The notes beneath the pieces were generated by a model, which saw only the letters and a list, made by a program, of their open reading frames with translations, made no database searches and was not told the DNA's origin. A stretch of 64,000 nt of DNA from Thermodesulfobacteriota bacterium. Lineage in GTDB: Bacteria > Desulfobacterota_D > UBA1144. The stretch lies in contig JAYYZJ010000012.1 in assembly GCA_036340075.1 (NCBI GenBank), positions 64,001 through 128,000 of the forward strand, read 5' to 3'. Shown in pieces: positions 50,134-59,662 of the stretch (its first letter is position 1; each line of letters begins with the position of its first letter). The position numbers and the translations under genes were made by a program.

Positions 50134-51186
50134 ATGAGTAAAGTTAAATTTGGTCTCGTCCCCCCAATGCCTGGTGCTGATGCGAGTGGTCTTTTGAACT
50201 TTTCAGTAAAAGCAGATGAATTAGGTTTTGATAGTCTTTGGTTTCCTGACCATTTAGCTTTTATAGCTCCTCATCCAGCTTTTGAGGCATGGACAATTGC
50301 CGCAGCAGTTGCGGCTAATACAAAAAATATTACTTTAGGAGCAACTTCGGATCCTCACAGAAACCACCCAGCTGTTTTTGCTCAAAGACTTGCAACTATT
50401 GATCATATATCAAAAGGTAGAGCCGCTCTTGCCTTAGGGGTTGGTGAATCAATGAATCTTGATGCATATGGAATTCCTTGGGATAAACCTTTTGAAAGAA
50501 TGGTAGAGTCAGTTGAGGCTATGAAGCTTCTCTGGTCAACTAAAGAACCAGTTAATTTTGAAGGGGATTTTTTTAATATGAACCAAGCATCATTGTTGCT
50601 AAATCTTTACGAAGATAGACCAAGCATCCCTTTTTACTTTGCTACTCATACAGACAAAGGATTAGATTTAACTGGAAGAATAGGAGATGGATGGATGCCT
50701 ATAGATTTAACTCCAGATTTATACAAAGAGTCTCTAGACAAAATTATTACATCAGCAAATCAGACTGGACGAACAAGTGACGATATAGACTCTACCTTGT
50801 GGGTATTTACTTCCTTAGGAGAAAATGAGGACGAAGCCTATAAAACCTTAGAGCCTTTTAGGTATGTTTGCATTATGCAGGATCAATTGAAACGCGCAGG
50901 ATACGACATCGATATACCAGAAGAATACAAAGGCTTGAATTATTTTAATATAACGCCTACAGATGAAGACAGGAAGCAAAAATTTAGGGATATGGGTCAA
51001 TATTTTCCTAGAGAGGCTGTAATTGATTTTACGATTACTGGATCAAAGGATGATTGCATAAAGAAAATAGAAAGATACATAGACAAGGGAGTTAAACACT
51101 TTGTTCTATTCCATTATTTTAGCCCTAATCCAGACAATGCAATGGAAGTATATGCTAAAGATATAATCCCATATTTTAATTCTTAG
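50134..51186 (+). CDS. LLM-class (luciferase-like) oxidoreductase, probably F420-dependent
   Basis: ADELGFDSLWFPDH, HPAVFAQRLATIDHISKGR, FEGDFF and GDGW motifs. Confidence 0.88.
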   Translation: MSKVKFGLVPPMPGADASGLLNFSVKADELGFDSLWFPDHLAFIAPHPAFEAWTIAAAVAANTKNITLGATSDPHRNHPAVFAQRLATIDHISKGRAALALGVGESMNLDAYGIPWDKPFERMVESVEAMKLLWSTKEPVNFEGDFFNMNQASLLLNLYEDRPSIPFYFATHTDKGLDLTGRIGDGWMPIDLTPDLYKESLDKIITSANQTGRTSDDIDSTLWVFTSLGENEDEAYKTLEPFRYVCIMQDQLKRAGYDIDIPEEYKGLNYFNITPTDEDRKQKFRDMGQYFPREAVIDFTITGSKDDCIKKIERYIDKGVKHFVLFHYFSPNPDNAMEVYAKDIIPYFNS

Positions 51187-52751
51187 TTATTCTCAAGAAC
51201 TATTTCGTTAAAATCTATGATTCCCATACTTGTGAAGCCCGCATCATTAATTCTTTTGCTTTTCAAGTAAAGCTGAACAGAATAAAAAATAGGCATTATA
51301 GCAATCTCTTCAATAGTAAGTATTTTGTTAGCTTCTTGGTATAGCTTTTCGCTTTCCTCTGCATTGTAATTAGAAGAAGCAAGTCTAACAGCATTATCAT
51401 ATTGAATATTACACCATCCAGTTTCGTTGTTACCGCTACTACAAGTAAAAAGATTCATAAAATTATGAGCATGTGGATAATCTGCAATCCATCCACCTCT
51501 AAACATGTGAGGCCTATTATTGTCTAAAGTGCTCAAATATATTTTCCATTCCAAGCCTTCTATGTCTATTGTAATTCCTAGAATCTCTGACCATCTATTT
51601 TGAAGAATCTCAGCAATAATCCTATTATTGCCAGATTCAGGATATAAAAGTTTTACATTAGGAAATTTGCTTCTATCTTTATATCCATTTTCATCTAGAA
51701 TTTTTTTTGCTAAATCAATATTCTTTGAATCAAAAAAATATAAGTTTTTATTAGAAAGTTTTGTTTTCATTGGTGGAATATTCTCAGGTAACCAATTATT
51801 GGTTGGCCTAACTGTTCCTTGAAATACCTTTTCAAAAATTCTTTTATCTATGGATATTGCAAAAGCTTTTCTAATCTTTTTATTGTCGAAGGGTGGCTTG
51901 TTAACATTAAAGCCAATATATGTATTAGCAAACCTTTCTTTTGATCTAAGCAAACCTTTTCTTTTTAAATAAGGTATTTCAAGAAGAGGAATGCCACTAC
52001 CATCAACAACATCAAGTTTTCCATTTTCAAACATTGCCAAAGATGATGTTGGATTGCTGTTCATTACTAAAATTATTCTTTTCCTTGATGGATTCTTAGG
52101 TTTTAATAAAATAAAATCATGGTTTTCCCATTTGCTCAAAATATAGTTACCCAAAGTTACAATGTTTTCAGGTTCAATCCATTTTTCTCCATATTTTTCT
52201 ATTATGTCTTTCCTTATTGGGAACGTAGACATGAAACTCAAAAGACTAATAAAATAAGATTTCTTGTTTGTTAAAGTAATTTCTAAAGTCTCAAGGTCTA
52301 TGGCTCTAATGCCAACTTTGTTAAAATCAGAGATTTTTCCTAAATTATATTCTTTCGCATTCTTAATATCATATAAAAAATATGCGTAATCTGCTGCTGT
52401 TTTTGGATTAAGTAATCTCTCCCAAGAATCTATAAAATGCTTAGCTTCTAATTTTTTTCCATCACTCCAAAAATTTTTTTTTATCTTTATTGTTATAACT
52501 TTACCGCTTTTATCTATTGTCCATGATTCAGCCAAATTAGGGACGATTTCATTATTATTATTTATTCTTGTTAGACCATGCATAATGTTGTTGATTATTT
52601 GGAACGAAGTACTATCAGTAGCGAGATTCCAATCCAAGGTTGGCGGCTCGTTGCCTATATTAATCCTAATTGAATCCGAACTGTTTGAATAAGATGAATT
52701 TGTAAATAAAAGTAAAAAGATTAAGGAATAAAGAAAAGTTGTAAATTTCAA
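51183..52751 (-). CDS. oppA: Peptide ABC transporter substrate-binding protein (OppA/MppA-like)
   Basis: EPPTLD, GL...PNLAESW, WSDG, FNVNKPPFDN..IRKA and GWIADY motifs. Confidence 0.92.
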   Translation of the reverse strand: MKFTTFLYSLIFLLLFTNSSYSNSSDSIRINIGNEPPTLDWNLATDSTSFQIINNIMHGLTRINNNNEIVPNLAESWTIDKSGKVITIKIKKNFWSDGKKLEAKHFIDSWERLLNPKTAADYAYFLYDIKNAKEYNLGKISDFNKVGIRAIDLETLEITLTNKKSYFISLLSFMSTFPIRKDIIEKYGEKWIEPENIVTLGNYILSKWENHDFILLKPKNPSRKRIILVMNSNPTSSLAMFENGKLDVVDGSGIPLLEIPYLKRKGLLRSKERFANTYIGFNVNKPPFDNKKIRKAFAISIDKRIFEKVFQGTVRPTNNWLPENIPPMKTKLSNKNLYFFDSKNIDLAKKILDENGYKDRSKFPNVKLLYPESGNNRIIAEILQNRWSEILGITIDIEGLEWKIYLSTLDNNRPHMFRGGWIADYPHAHNFMNLFTCSSGNNETGWCNIQYDNAVRLASSNYNAEESEKLYQEANKILTIEEIAIMPIFYSVQLYLKSKRINDAGFTSMGIIDFNEIVLENN

Positions 52752-52754
52752 AAT

Positions 52755-53255
52755 CTATTCTTGCTCTGGGTCTTCAACTGTGATTAGGTGAGCCCCAAGT
52801 TCAACGGTATCTCCTTCCTGAACATTGATTTCAGTAACCTTTCCAGAAATAGAAGTTTTTAGCTCACTTTCCATTTTCATTGCTTCAACAACTATTAAGC
52901 CTTCTCCTTCTGAAACTTCATCACCAATATTTTTCAGTAATTTTATAATCCTTCCAGGCATTGGAGCATTTATTTTATCTATTCCAGATGCATTATCTAA
53001 ACCGGTTCTTTCTCTTTGAGAAGGGATTTCAAATTCAAACAAATCTCCTCTAAAATAAATTTGGATTTTCTTACCTTCTTTATTGATAGAAATATTATAA
53101 GTTGAGCCATCAACCACGAAAGAATAAAGATTAGAGTCAACTTTTATTAATTCTCCTGAAAATTCTTTATCCTCTAAGGTAACTATATATCCTCCATCTT
53201 GTTCATTAAGATCAAAAGAAATTAATTTGTTAGCTATTTTTATATCATATTTCAT
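52755..53255 (-). CDS. Biotin carboxyl carrier protein of acyl-CoA carboxylase
   Basis: APMPGRI and EAMKME biotinylation motif. Confidence 0.95.
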   Translation of the reverse strand: MKYDIKIANKLISFDLNEQDGGYIVTLEDKEFSGELIKVDSNLYSFVVDGSTYNISINKEGKKIQIYFRGDLFEFEIPSQRERTGLDNASGIDKINAPMPGRIIKLLKNIGDEVSEGEGLIVVEAMKMESELKTSISGKVTEINVQEGDTVELGAHLITVEDPEQE

Positions 53256-53257
53256 TT

Positions 53258-54754
53258 TTACGATAAAGAATTTCTAGAAATACCAGATCTCCTTGCAATA
53301 TATTTCCATGGTGTAAATTTAGGATCCCTCTTGTTAATTTGTGTGCCGTTGAAAGTATGAAGTACGATTGCAGATGCAACTAAAGCCAAATCGCTATTTT
53401 CTTTAGGAACAGATAAAAGCTCTTGATGATTTTCAATAAATCCCGTGTCTAGCTTACCTTCAATAAAATCCAAATCTGACATCAATCTTATTAAAAATCC
53501 TAAATTTGTTCTCACACCAAGTACAACATATTCTGATAGAGCTCGACTCATCCTTTTTATAGCATCTTCTCTGTCATTGCCCCAGACAATTAATTTAGAC
53601 AGCATTGGATCATAAAAAGTTGTTACTTCGTATCCATTATATAAAGAAGAGTCATCTCTCACCCCAGGACCTTGTGGAGATTTTACATAATTGATAATCC
53701 CAGGAGTTGGAAGGAAATTGTTGTCCGGATCTTCAGCGCATACTCTACATTCCATTGCATGACCTTTTCTTGATATATCTTCTTGTTTGAAACTTAATTT
53801 ATTTCCACAAGCAATTGATATCATTTCCTTTACAATATCTATTCCTGTTATCATTTCTGTAATAGGATGCTCAACTTGAACTCTTGTATTCATTTCAAGA
53901 AAATAAAAATTCTCTTTTTGATCCATAATGAATTCAACTGTTCCAGCGCCATAATAAGATACTTCTTTTGCTAATTTTACTGCTATTTTTCCCATTTTTT
54001 TTCTGGTTTCTTCACTTACCCCAGGAGAAGGAGCTTCTTCTACAACTTTTTGATGTCTTCTTTGAATTGAACATTCTCTCTCAAATAAGTGAACAACATT
54101 GCCTTTTTTGTCGCCTAAAACTTGTATTTCTATATGTCTTGGTTCTTGAACAAACTTTTCAATAAAAACTGCATCATTATTGAAAGCAGACCTTGCTTCA
54201 CTCTTTGCCATTCGCAAAGAACTTTCAAATTCGGATTCTTCATGAACTAGCCTCATGCCCTTTCCTCCACCACCAGCTGAAGCTTTAATCATTAAAGGAA
54301 AACCTATCTTTTTTGCTTCAGATAAGGCCTCACTATCGCTAACCTCTCCTTCAGTGCCCGGGACCAAAGGAACTTTTGCTGCTTTAGCAATTTCTCTTGA
54401 AGTTATTTTATCTCCCATTTTTTCTATAGAATCAGGACTTGGTCCTATAAAATCTATTTTTGCCCTTTCACATTGTTTTGCGAACTCAGCATTCTCTGAT
54501 AAAAAACCATAGCCTGGATGAATAGCATCACACTTTGCTTTTTTTGCAACTTTTAAAATATTTTCACCTATTAAATAACTCTGACTTGGTAATGGTTTAC
54601 CAATGTTGTAAGACTCATCCGATAAATTTACATGAAGAGAATTTTTGTCAGCATCTGAATAGACAGCCACAGTTTTAATTTCGAGCTCTTTGCATGCTCT
54701 TATTATTCTTACAGCAATTTCTCCTCGATTAGCAATTAGAATTTTTTTGTACAT
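53258..54754 (-). CDS. accC: Biotin carboxylase subunit
   Basis: ANRGEIA, HPGYGFLSEN, GGGGKGMR, RECSIQRRHQK and EMNTRVQVEH motifs. Confidence 0.96.
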   Translation of the reverse strand: MYKKILIANRGEIAVRIIRACKELEIKTVAVYSDADKNSLHVNLSDESYNIGKPLPSQSYLIGENILKVAKKAKCDAIHPGYGFLSENAEFAKQCERAKIDFIGPSPDSIEKMGDKITSREIAKAAKVPLVPGTEGEVSDSEALSEAKKIGFPLMIKASAGGGGKGMRLVHEESEFESSLRMAKSEARSAFNNDAVFIEKFVQEPRHIEIQVLGDKKGNVVHLFERECSIQRRHQKVVEEAPSPGVSEETRKKMGKIAVKLAKEVSYYGAGTVEFIMDQKENFYFLEMNTRVQVEHPITEMITGIDIVKEMISIACGNKLSFKQEDISRKGHAMECRVCAEDPDNNFLPTPGIINYVKSPQGPGVRDDSSLYNGYEVTTFYDPMLSKLIVWGNDREDAIKRMSRALSEYVVLGVRTNLGFLIRLMSDLDFIEGKLDTGFIENHQELLSVPKENSDLALVASAIVLHTFNGTQINKRDPKFTPWKYIARRSGISRNSLS

Positions 54755-54769
54755 TAAGATTCTCCAAAA

Positions 54770-56332
54770 TTATAGAGGTATTAATCCATGCTTTTTAGGC
54801 GGATTATTCTGTCTTTTCCCATCGAGCATTTCAAAAGCATTTATAACCTTTTTTCTCGTATCCTCAGGCAAAATTACATCGTCGATAAAACCTAAATTCG
54901 CTGCCCTGTAGGGATTAGCAAAAAGACTTTTATACTCTTCGACAAGTCTTTCTTTTTCGGCAACTGGATCATCTGAATTTTGAATTTCTTTTCTATTTAC
55001 AATATTAACTGCTCCATCTGGACCCATAACAGCTATTTCAGCTGTTGGGAAAGCAAGATTGATATCACCTCTTATGTGCTTTGAAGACATAACATCATAT
55101 GCTCCACCATAAGCTTTTCTAGTGATAACGGTTACTCGAGGGACTGTTGCTTCGCAGTACGCATAAAGTAGTTTGGCACCATGTAAGATAATCCCATTAA
55201 GCTCTTGATCAACACCAGGAAGAAATCCTGGTACGTCTACAAAAGTTAATAAGGGAATATTGAAGCAATCGCAAAATCTAACAAATCTTGCTCCTTTTAT
55301 AGAGGATTCAATATCTAGTACTCCTGCAAGCACATTAGGTTGATTTCCTACAATACCAACTGTTTTTCCGTTTAGTCTAGCAAATCCAATAACTATATTG
55401 CCCGCATAGTTTTCAGCTACTTCAAAGAAATATTCATTATCTACTGTTGCTTTAATAACTTCTTTCATATCATAAGGCTTGTTTGGATTTACAGGGACAA
55501 TATCTCTTAATTTGTCGACTTTTCTATCTATTGGATCATCGCATTTAATTTCAGGAGGGTCTTCCATGTTGTTCAATGGAAGAAAGCCTATTAGTTCTCT
55601 CAACAGACTCAAGCAATCTTCATCATTCTCGGCTGCGAACTGTGCTACGCCACTTTTTGTGCTATGAACTAGAGCTCCACCAAGATCTTCGGAACTTACT
55701 TCCTCATGAGTAACAGTCTTAATAACATCAGGTCCAGTTATAAACATATAGCTAGTATCTTTTACCATAGCAATGAAATCAGTCATGGCAGGAGAGTATA
55801 CAGCTCCACCAGCACACGGACCCATAATAGCTGAAAGTTGTGGTACAACTCCAGAGGCTTGAACGTTTCTTAAAAATATTTCTGCATAACCTGCTAATCC
55901 TCTAATACCTTCTTGGATTCTTGCTCCACCAGAATCACAGAGCCCAATTACTGGGCACCCCACCTGAACAGCCATGTCCATAATTCTAGTAATCTTCCTA
56001 GCATGACCAAGTCCAAGCGCACCTCCAAAAACAGTAAAATCTTGGGAGTAAACAAAAACCTGTCTCCCGTCTATTTTTCCGTATCCTGTAACTACACCAT
56101 CTCCCATAAACTTAGTTTTATCCATACCAAAATTATGGTTTTGGTGTTCTACAAATTTTCCTTGTTCGACAAAGGTGTCATTGTCTAAAAGAGCATGAAT
56201 TCTTTCTCTGGCAGTTAACTTTCCTCGTTCGTGTTGTTTTTTAATTCTGTCAGGGCCCCCACCTTCCTCTGCCTTCTTAACTTTCTCTTCCAGGAACTCA
56301 ATCTTCTGTTCCATAGTTTGATCTTTTTCCAT
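54770..56332 (-). CDS. pccB: Acyl-CoA (propionyl-CoA) carboxylase carboxyltransferase subunit
   Basis: [47 protein letters not shown] and KKHG motifs. Confidence 0.93.
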   Translation of the reverse strand: MEKDQTMEQKIEFLEEKVKKAEEGGGPDRIKKQHERGKLTARERIHALLDNDTFVEQGKFVEHQNHNFGMDKTKFMGDGVVTGYGKIDGRQVFVYSQDFTVFGGALGLGHARKITRIMDMAVQVGCPVIGLCDSGGARIQEGIRGLAGYAEIFLRNVQASGVVPQLSAIMGPCAGGAVYSPAMTDFIAMVKDTSYMFITGPDVIKTVTHEEVSSEDLGGALVHSTKSGVAQFAAENDEDCLSLLRELIGFLPLNNMEDPPEIKCDDPIDRKVDKLRDIVPVNPNKPYDMKEVIKATVDNEYFFEVAENYAGNIVIGFARLNGKTVGIVGNQPNVLAGVLDIESSIKGARFVRFCDCFNIPLLTFVDVPGFLPGVDQELNGIILHGAKLLYAYCEATVPRVTVITRKAYGGAYDVMSSKHIRGDINLAFPTAEIAVMGPDGAVNIVNRKEIQNSDDPVAEKERLVEEYKSLFANPYRAANLGFIDDVILPEDTRKKVINAFEMLDGKRQNNPPKKHGLIPL

Positions 56333-56416
56333 TCTAGCCTCGCGAAATATTAATCCAAAAAATAAAAAATATATATATAAACGATATAAATTAAATAATA
56401 ACTATAAAAATATAAT

Positions 56417-57031
56417 CTAAAAGGATAAATTATCCAATATCAAATGTAATTGACTCTTTAAGTTGACTATTTTTTTACCATTATTTATAACAAAATCAGC
56501 GTTTTTTCTATTTTTTTCAACTTCTTTTTGCATATTTATCAAATTAACTGCACTTTTTTTGTCTAATGAGTCTCTCTTCATTATTCTTTCAACCAAAATT
56601 TTTTTTGGAGCATGAATATAGATTATCAGATCCAACAACTTACTCATCGACCCTTTTTTGGATAAGAGCGCTCCTTCAAATACAATTATTTTTTCTTTTC
56701 TGTTCACATTCTTTTGAAGAATTTTTTCAATGCTTTTAATTAATTCGGGATGAATTATTTTATTAAGTTGCATCCTTTTGTTTTTATTAGAAAAAACAAG
56801 AAGTCTTAATCTTTTTTTGTTGATTGTTAAGTTCTTGTTGAGTATAGATGAACCAAAGGTTTTTTTTACTTTTCTATATGAGGGGGTATTTTTTCTTAGT
56901 AATTTTTTTGCTTCAACATCAAGATCTATTGTCGGAATATTTCTTAATTTGAAAAATCTAATAGATTCGGATTTACCGCTTCCCATTAATCCACAAATCC
57001 CAATTGACAATATATTAAATAGTTTTTTCAT
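56417..57031 (-). CDS. coaE: Dephospho-CoA kinase
   Basis: GICGLMGSGKS P-loop, D.D, LNKIIHP, RxxxRD and ADFVINN motifs. Confidence 0.93.
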   Translation of the reverse strand: MKKLFNILSIGICGLMGSGKSESIRFFKLRNIPTIDLDVEAKKLLRKNTPSYRKVKKTFGSSILNKNLTINKKRLRLLVFSNKNKRMQLNKIIHPELIKSIEKILQKNVNRKEKIIVFEGALLSKKGSMSKLLDLIIYIHAPKKILVERIMKRDSLDKKSAVNLINMQKEVEKNRKNADFVINNGKKIVNLKSQLHLILDNLSF

Positions 57032-58392
57032 AATAAAAGCTTTTTAATCCGTTTTAGAGTTAAATCTTTACCAAGAATCTGAATTAACTCATATATGCCA
57101 GGAGATACTTTGCTTCCTGTTAATGCAATTCTTATTGGCAATCCAATATCTTTAAATTTAATTGAATGCTCTGAAATAATATTCTCAAATAGTGCTTTGA
57201 TATTTTCATGCGAAAAATCATTCAACAACTCCATTTTTTTGTATAGGTCGTCGATAATCTTTTCAGATGAAGGTTTATTTAAATCTTTAATTAATTTGCT
57301 ATCGATTTCCAAATGTTCACTTTGACAAAATATTAGAGCTTCTTTTAACTCCAGAAGAGTTTTTGCTTTTTCTTTAGTTGTATTGATTGCCATTTCTACG
57401 TCAATATCTTTATAAAAACTAATATCCATTATCTTTTCTAACTCTTTACTGCTTAATTTTTTTATATGAGACGAATTAACCCAATCTAGTTTGTCTTTAT
57501 CAAATATGGCAGGAGACTTATTCAAATTTTCTAAAGAAAATAAATTCATCATTTCATCCATACTAAATAATTCTTGATCTCCATGCGACCATCCCAACCT
57601 AGCCAAATAATTTACTATCGCTATAGGCAAATATCCTAAGTCTTTATATTTTTTAATTGATTCCGCACCATGTCTCTTGCTAAGTTTGCTTTTGTCTTTA
57701 CCTAATATCATAGAAACATGAGTAAAAGAAGGAGGATTTCTTTTTATTGCCTTGAACAACAGTACTTGTTTCGCAGTATTAGCAAGATGATCTTCTCCCC
57801 TAATTACATTGGTAATATGCATCTCTGAATCATCAATTACCGATGCAAAATTATAAGTAGGAAATCCATCGCTCTTTATTATTACGAAATCATCTATATT
57901 CTCGGAGTCGATATTTATTTGACCTCTTAATGTATCAGTAAATGTTATTTTTTCCGAATCTGGAGCTTTGAACCTTATAACATAATCTCCATTTGAAGGA
58001 TGATCCTTCCTATCTCTCCATATTCTAGGATATTTGTAGACCCTGTTTTCTTTAGTAGCTTCTTCTTTTAGTATTCTAATTTCTTCATTTGTTGTAAAAC
58101 ATTTATAAGCTAAATTTTCTTCTATAAGAACATTTGCAAAATTATTATAAATTTCAAGTCTACTAGATTGAATATGAGGTCCTTCATCCCAATCTATACC
58201 CAGCCATTTTAATGAACTAATTATTTCTTCTAAAGAATCAGCACTTGATCTCTCACGGTCAGTATCTTCAATTCTTAAAATCATTTTTCCTTTATTCTTC
58301 TTTGCATAAAGATAATTAAATATGGCAGTTCGTACTCCACCTAAATGAAGAGAACCGGTTGGGCTTGGTGCAAATCTTGTTACAACACTCAT
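57028..58392 (-). CDS. gltX: Glutamate--tRNA ligase
   Basis: RFAPSPTG, HLGG (HIGH), RIEDTD, RGEDH and KLSKRHG motifs. Confidence 0.98.
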   Translation of the reverse strand: MSVVTRFAPSPTGSLHLGGVRTAIFNYLYAKKNKGKMILRIEDTDRERSSADSLEEIISSLKWLGIDWDEGPHIQSSRLEIYNNFANVLIEENLAYKCFTTNEEIRILKEEATKENRVYKYPRIWRDRKDHPSNGDYVIRFKAPDSEKITFTDTLRGQINIDSENIDDFVIIKSDGFPTYNFASVIDDSEMHITNVIRGEDHLANTAKQVLLFKAIKRNPPSFTHVSMILGKDKSKLSKRHGAESIKKYKDLGYLPIAIVNYLARLGWSHGDQELFSMDEMMNLFSLENLNKSPAIFDKDKLDWVNSSHIKKLSSKELEKIMDISFYKDIDVEMAINTTKEKAKTLLELKEALIFCQSEHLEIDSKLIKDLNKPSSEKIIDDLYKKMELLNDFSHENIKALFENIISEHSIKFKDIGLPIRIALTGSKVSPGIYELIQILGKDLTLKRIKKLLL

Positions 58393-58443
58393 TTTAAATT
58401 AACTTAATTTATTCTATCATAACTATATAATATAAGTTATCTA

Positions 58444-58863
58444 ATGAGTATTTTAGCAATAGATTTCGGTTTAAGTAAAATAGGTATAGCAGGAAGTGAT
58501 GAATTAAATATTGCTAGTCATCCTATTAAATCTATAAGGAACAAATCCGACAATAGCCATATTGATGAGATACTAGCTATTATTGATGATCGTAAACCGA
58601 AACTCATATTAATTGGACTTCCATATAAGGATGATGGTAGGTTAAAAATACAGGATTATATTGAAGATTTTCATGATAATCTGAAGATAAAAACAAAAAC
58701 TAAAATAGAGTTTTGGAATGAAAATTTTACCTCCAAAGAAGCAGATGAAATATTAATAAAGAAAATGAATGTTTCAAGAAAGAAAAGAAAAGAATACCAA
58801 GATATGTTGTCAGCATGTTTAATTATTGATAGCTATATAAGGAGTCTGCAATCCCATACTTAA
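58444..58863 (+). CDS. ruvX: YqgF/RuvX family nuclease (pre-16S rRNA processing)
   Basis: LAIDFG...IGIA.SD, IGLP, WNENFTS and D..SA..I motifs. Confidence 0.9.
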   Translation: MSILAIDFGLSKIGIAGSDELNIASHPIKSIRNKSDNSHIDEILAIIDDRKPKLILIGLPYKDDGRLKIQDYIEDFHDNLKIKTKTKIEFWNENFTSKEADEILIKKMNVSRKKRKEYQDMLSACLIIDSYIRSLQSHT

Positions 58864-59636
58864 AAACTAATTCCGGAAGGATAAATTATTTAATTAAAAA
58901 CAAAAAGAACCGTCCCTACATTTTTTTTATTGGAGGTTTAGGAAGCACAATATCAAGTTGGGAAGATCAAATCAATTTATATGCAAAAGATTTTTCTTTG
59001 GTAGTTTTTGACAATCTCGGAAGTGGAAAAAGTGAAAAAACTAAAATCAACCTATCAATGGAAGCTTTCGCAGACAATTGTAATGAAATAATGACAAGAT
59101 TAAAAATACCATCAGCTCACGTGATTGGTAAATCTATGGGAGGCATGATAGCACAGGTTTTTGCATCAAAGTTCCCGAGAAAAGTAAAAAAATTAGTTTT
59201 AGCGTGCACTTGTGCAACAAGAGATGAGGTAAGTAAAGAGATAATATCAATTTCAAAAAAAATGGCATCACAAGTTGGACTAAAAGAGATTTGGTTTAAC
59301 GCTTTATTGCTAGGTTATTCCAGAAATTATATTGAAAGGAATTTTAAATTCTACAAAAATTCTATAATTTCAAATACCGAAGAAGAAGTCCAAGGTTATT
59401 TGAATCAGTGTAAAGCTATAGAAGGCTTGAACAATATTCATTATCTTAAAAAGATAAAGGCGAAAACTCTTATTATATATGGAAAAAATGACTTAATAGT
59501 ACCGCCAAATAAATCGCTGGAGATGACTAAATATATCAAAAAATCGGAAGTAATCGGTTTTCCTGGTGGACATGGGTTTTGGAAGGAATATAAGTCTATT
59601 GTTAACAAAGAAGTTTTGGATTTTTTAATTAATTAG
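58851..59636 (+). CDS. Alpha/beta fold hydrolase (probable non-canonical ATC start)
   Basis: The frame is open upstream of the tracked TTG 58998 and encodes FFIGGLG...W..Q. Motifs are FDNLGSGKS, GKSMGGM nucleophile, GKND and GGH. An AAGGAG SD lies 6 nt before ATC 58851. Confidence 0.85.
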   Translation: MPYLKTNSGRINYLIKNKKNRPYIFFIGGLGSTISSWEDQINLYAKDFSLVVFDNLGSGKSEKTKINLSMEAFADNCNEIMTRLKIPSAHVIGKSMGGMIAQVFASKFPRKVKKLVLACTCATRDEVSKEIISISKKMASQVGLKEIWFNALLLGYSRNYIERNFKFYKNSIISNTEEEVQGYLNQCKAIEGLNNIHYLKKIKAKTLIIYGKNDLIVPPNKSLEMTKYIKKSEVIGFPGGHGFWKEYKSIVNKEVLDFLIN

Positions 59637-59662
59637 ATTAAATTTATTACTAAAGTCCTAAA

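Noticed and set aside
52755..56332. Autotrophic 3-hydroxypropionate(/4-hydroxybutyrate) carbon fixation
   Set aside because: No malonyl-CoA reductase, propionyl-CoA synthase or 4-hydroxybutyryl-CoA dehydratase is in the window, and carboxylase plus mutase are common in heterotrophs.
56333..56416. Extremely AT-rich intergenic tract as replication origin or repeat
   Set aside because: It is only about 84 bp, has no DnaA boxes (TTATCCACA-like arrays) or regular repeat unit, and is more likely the promoter region of pccB.
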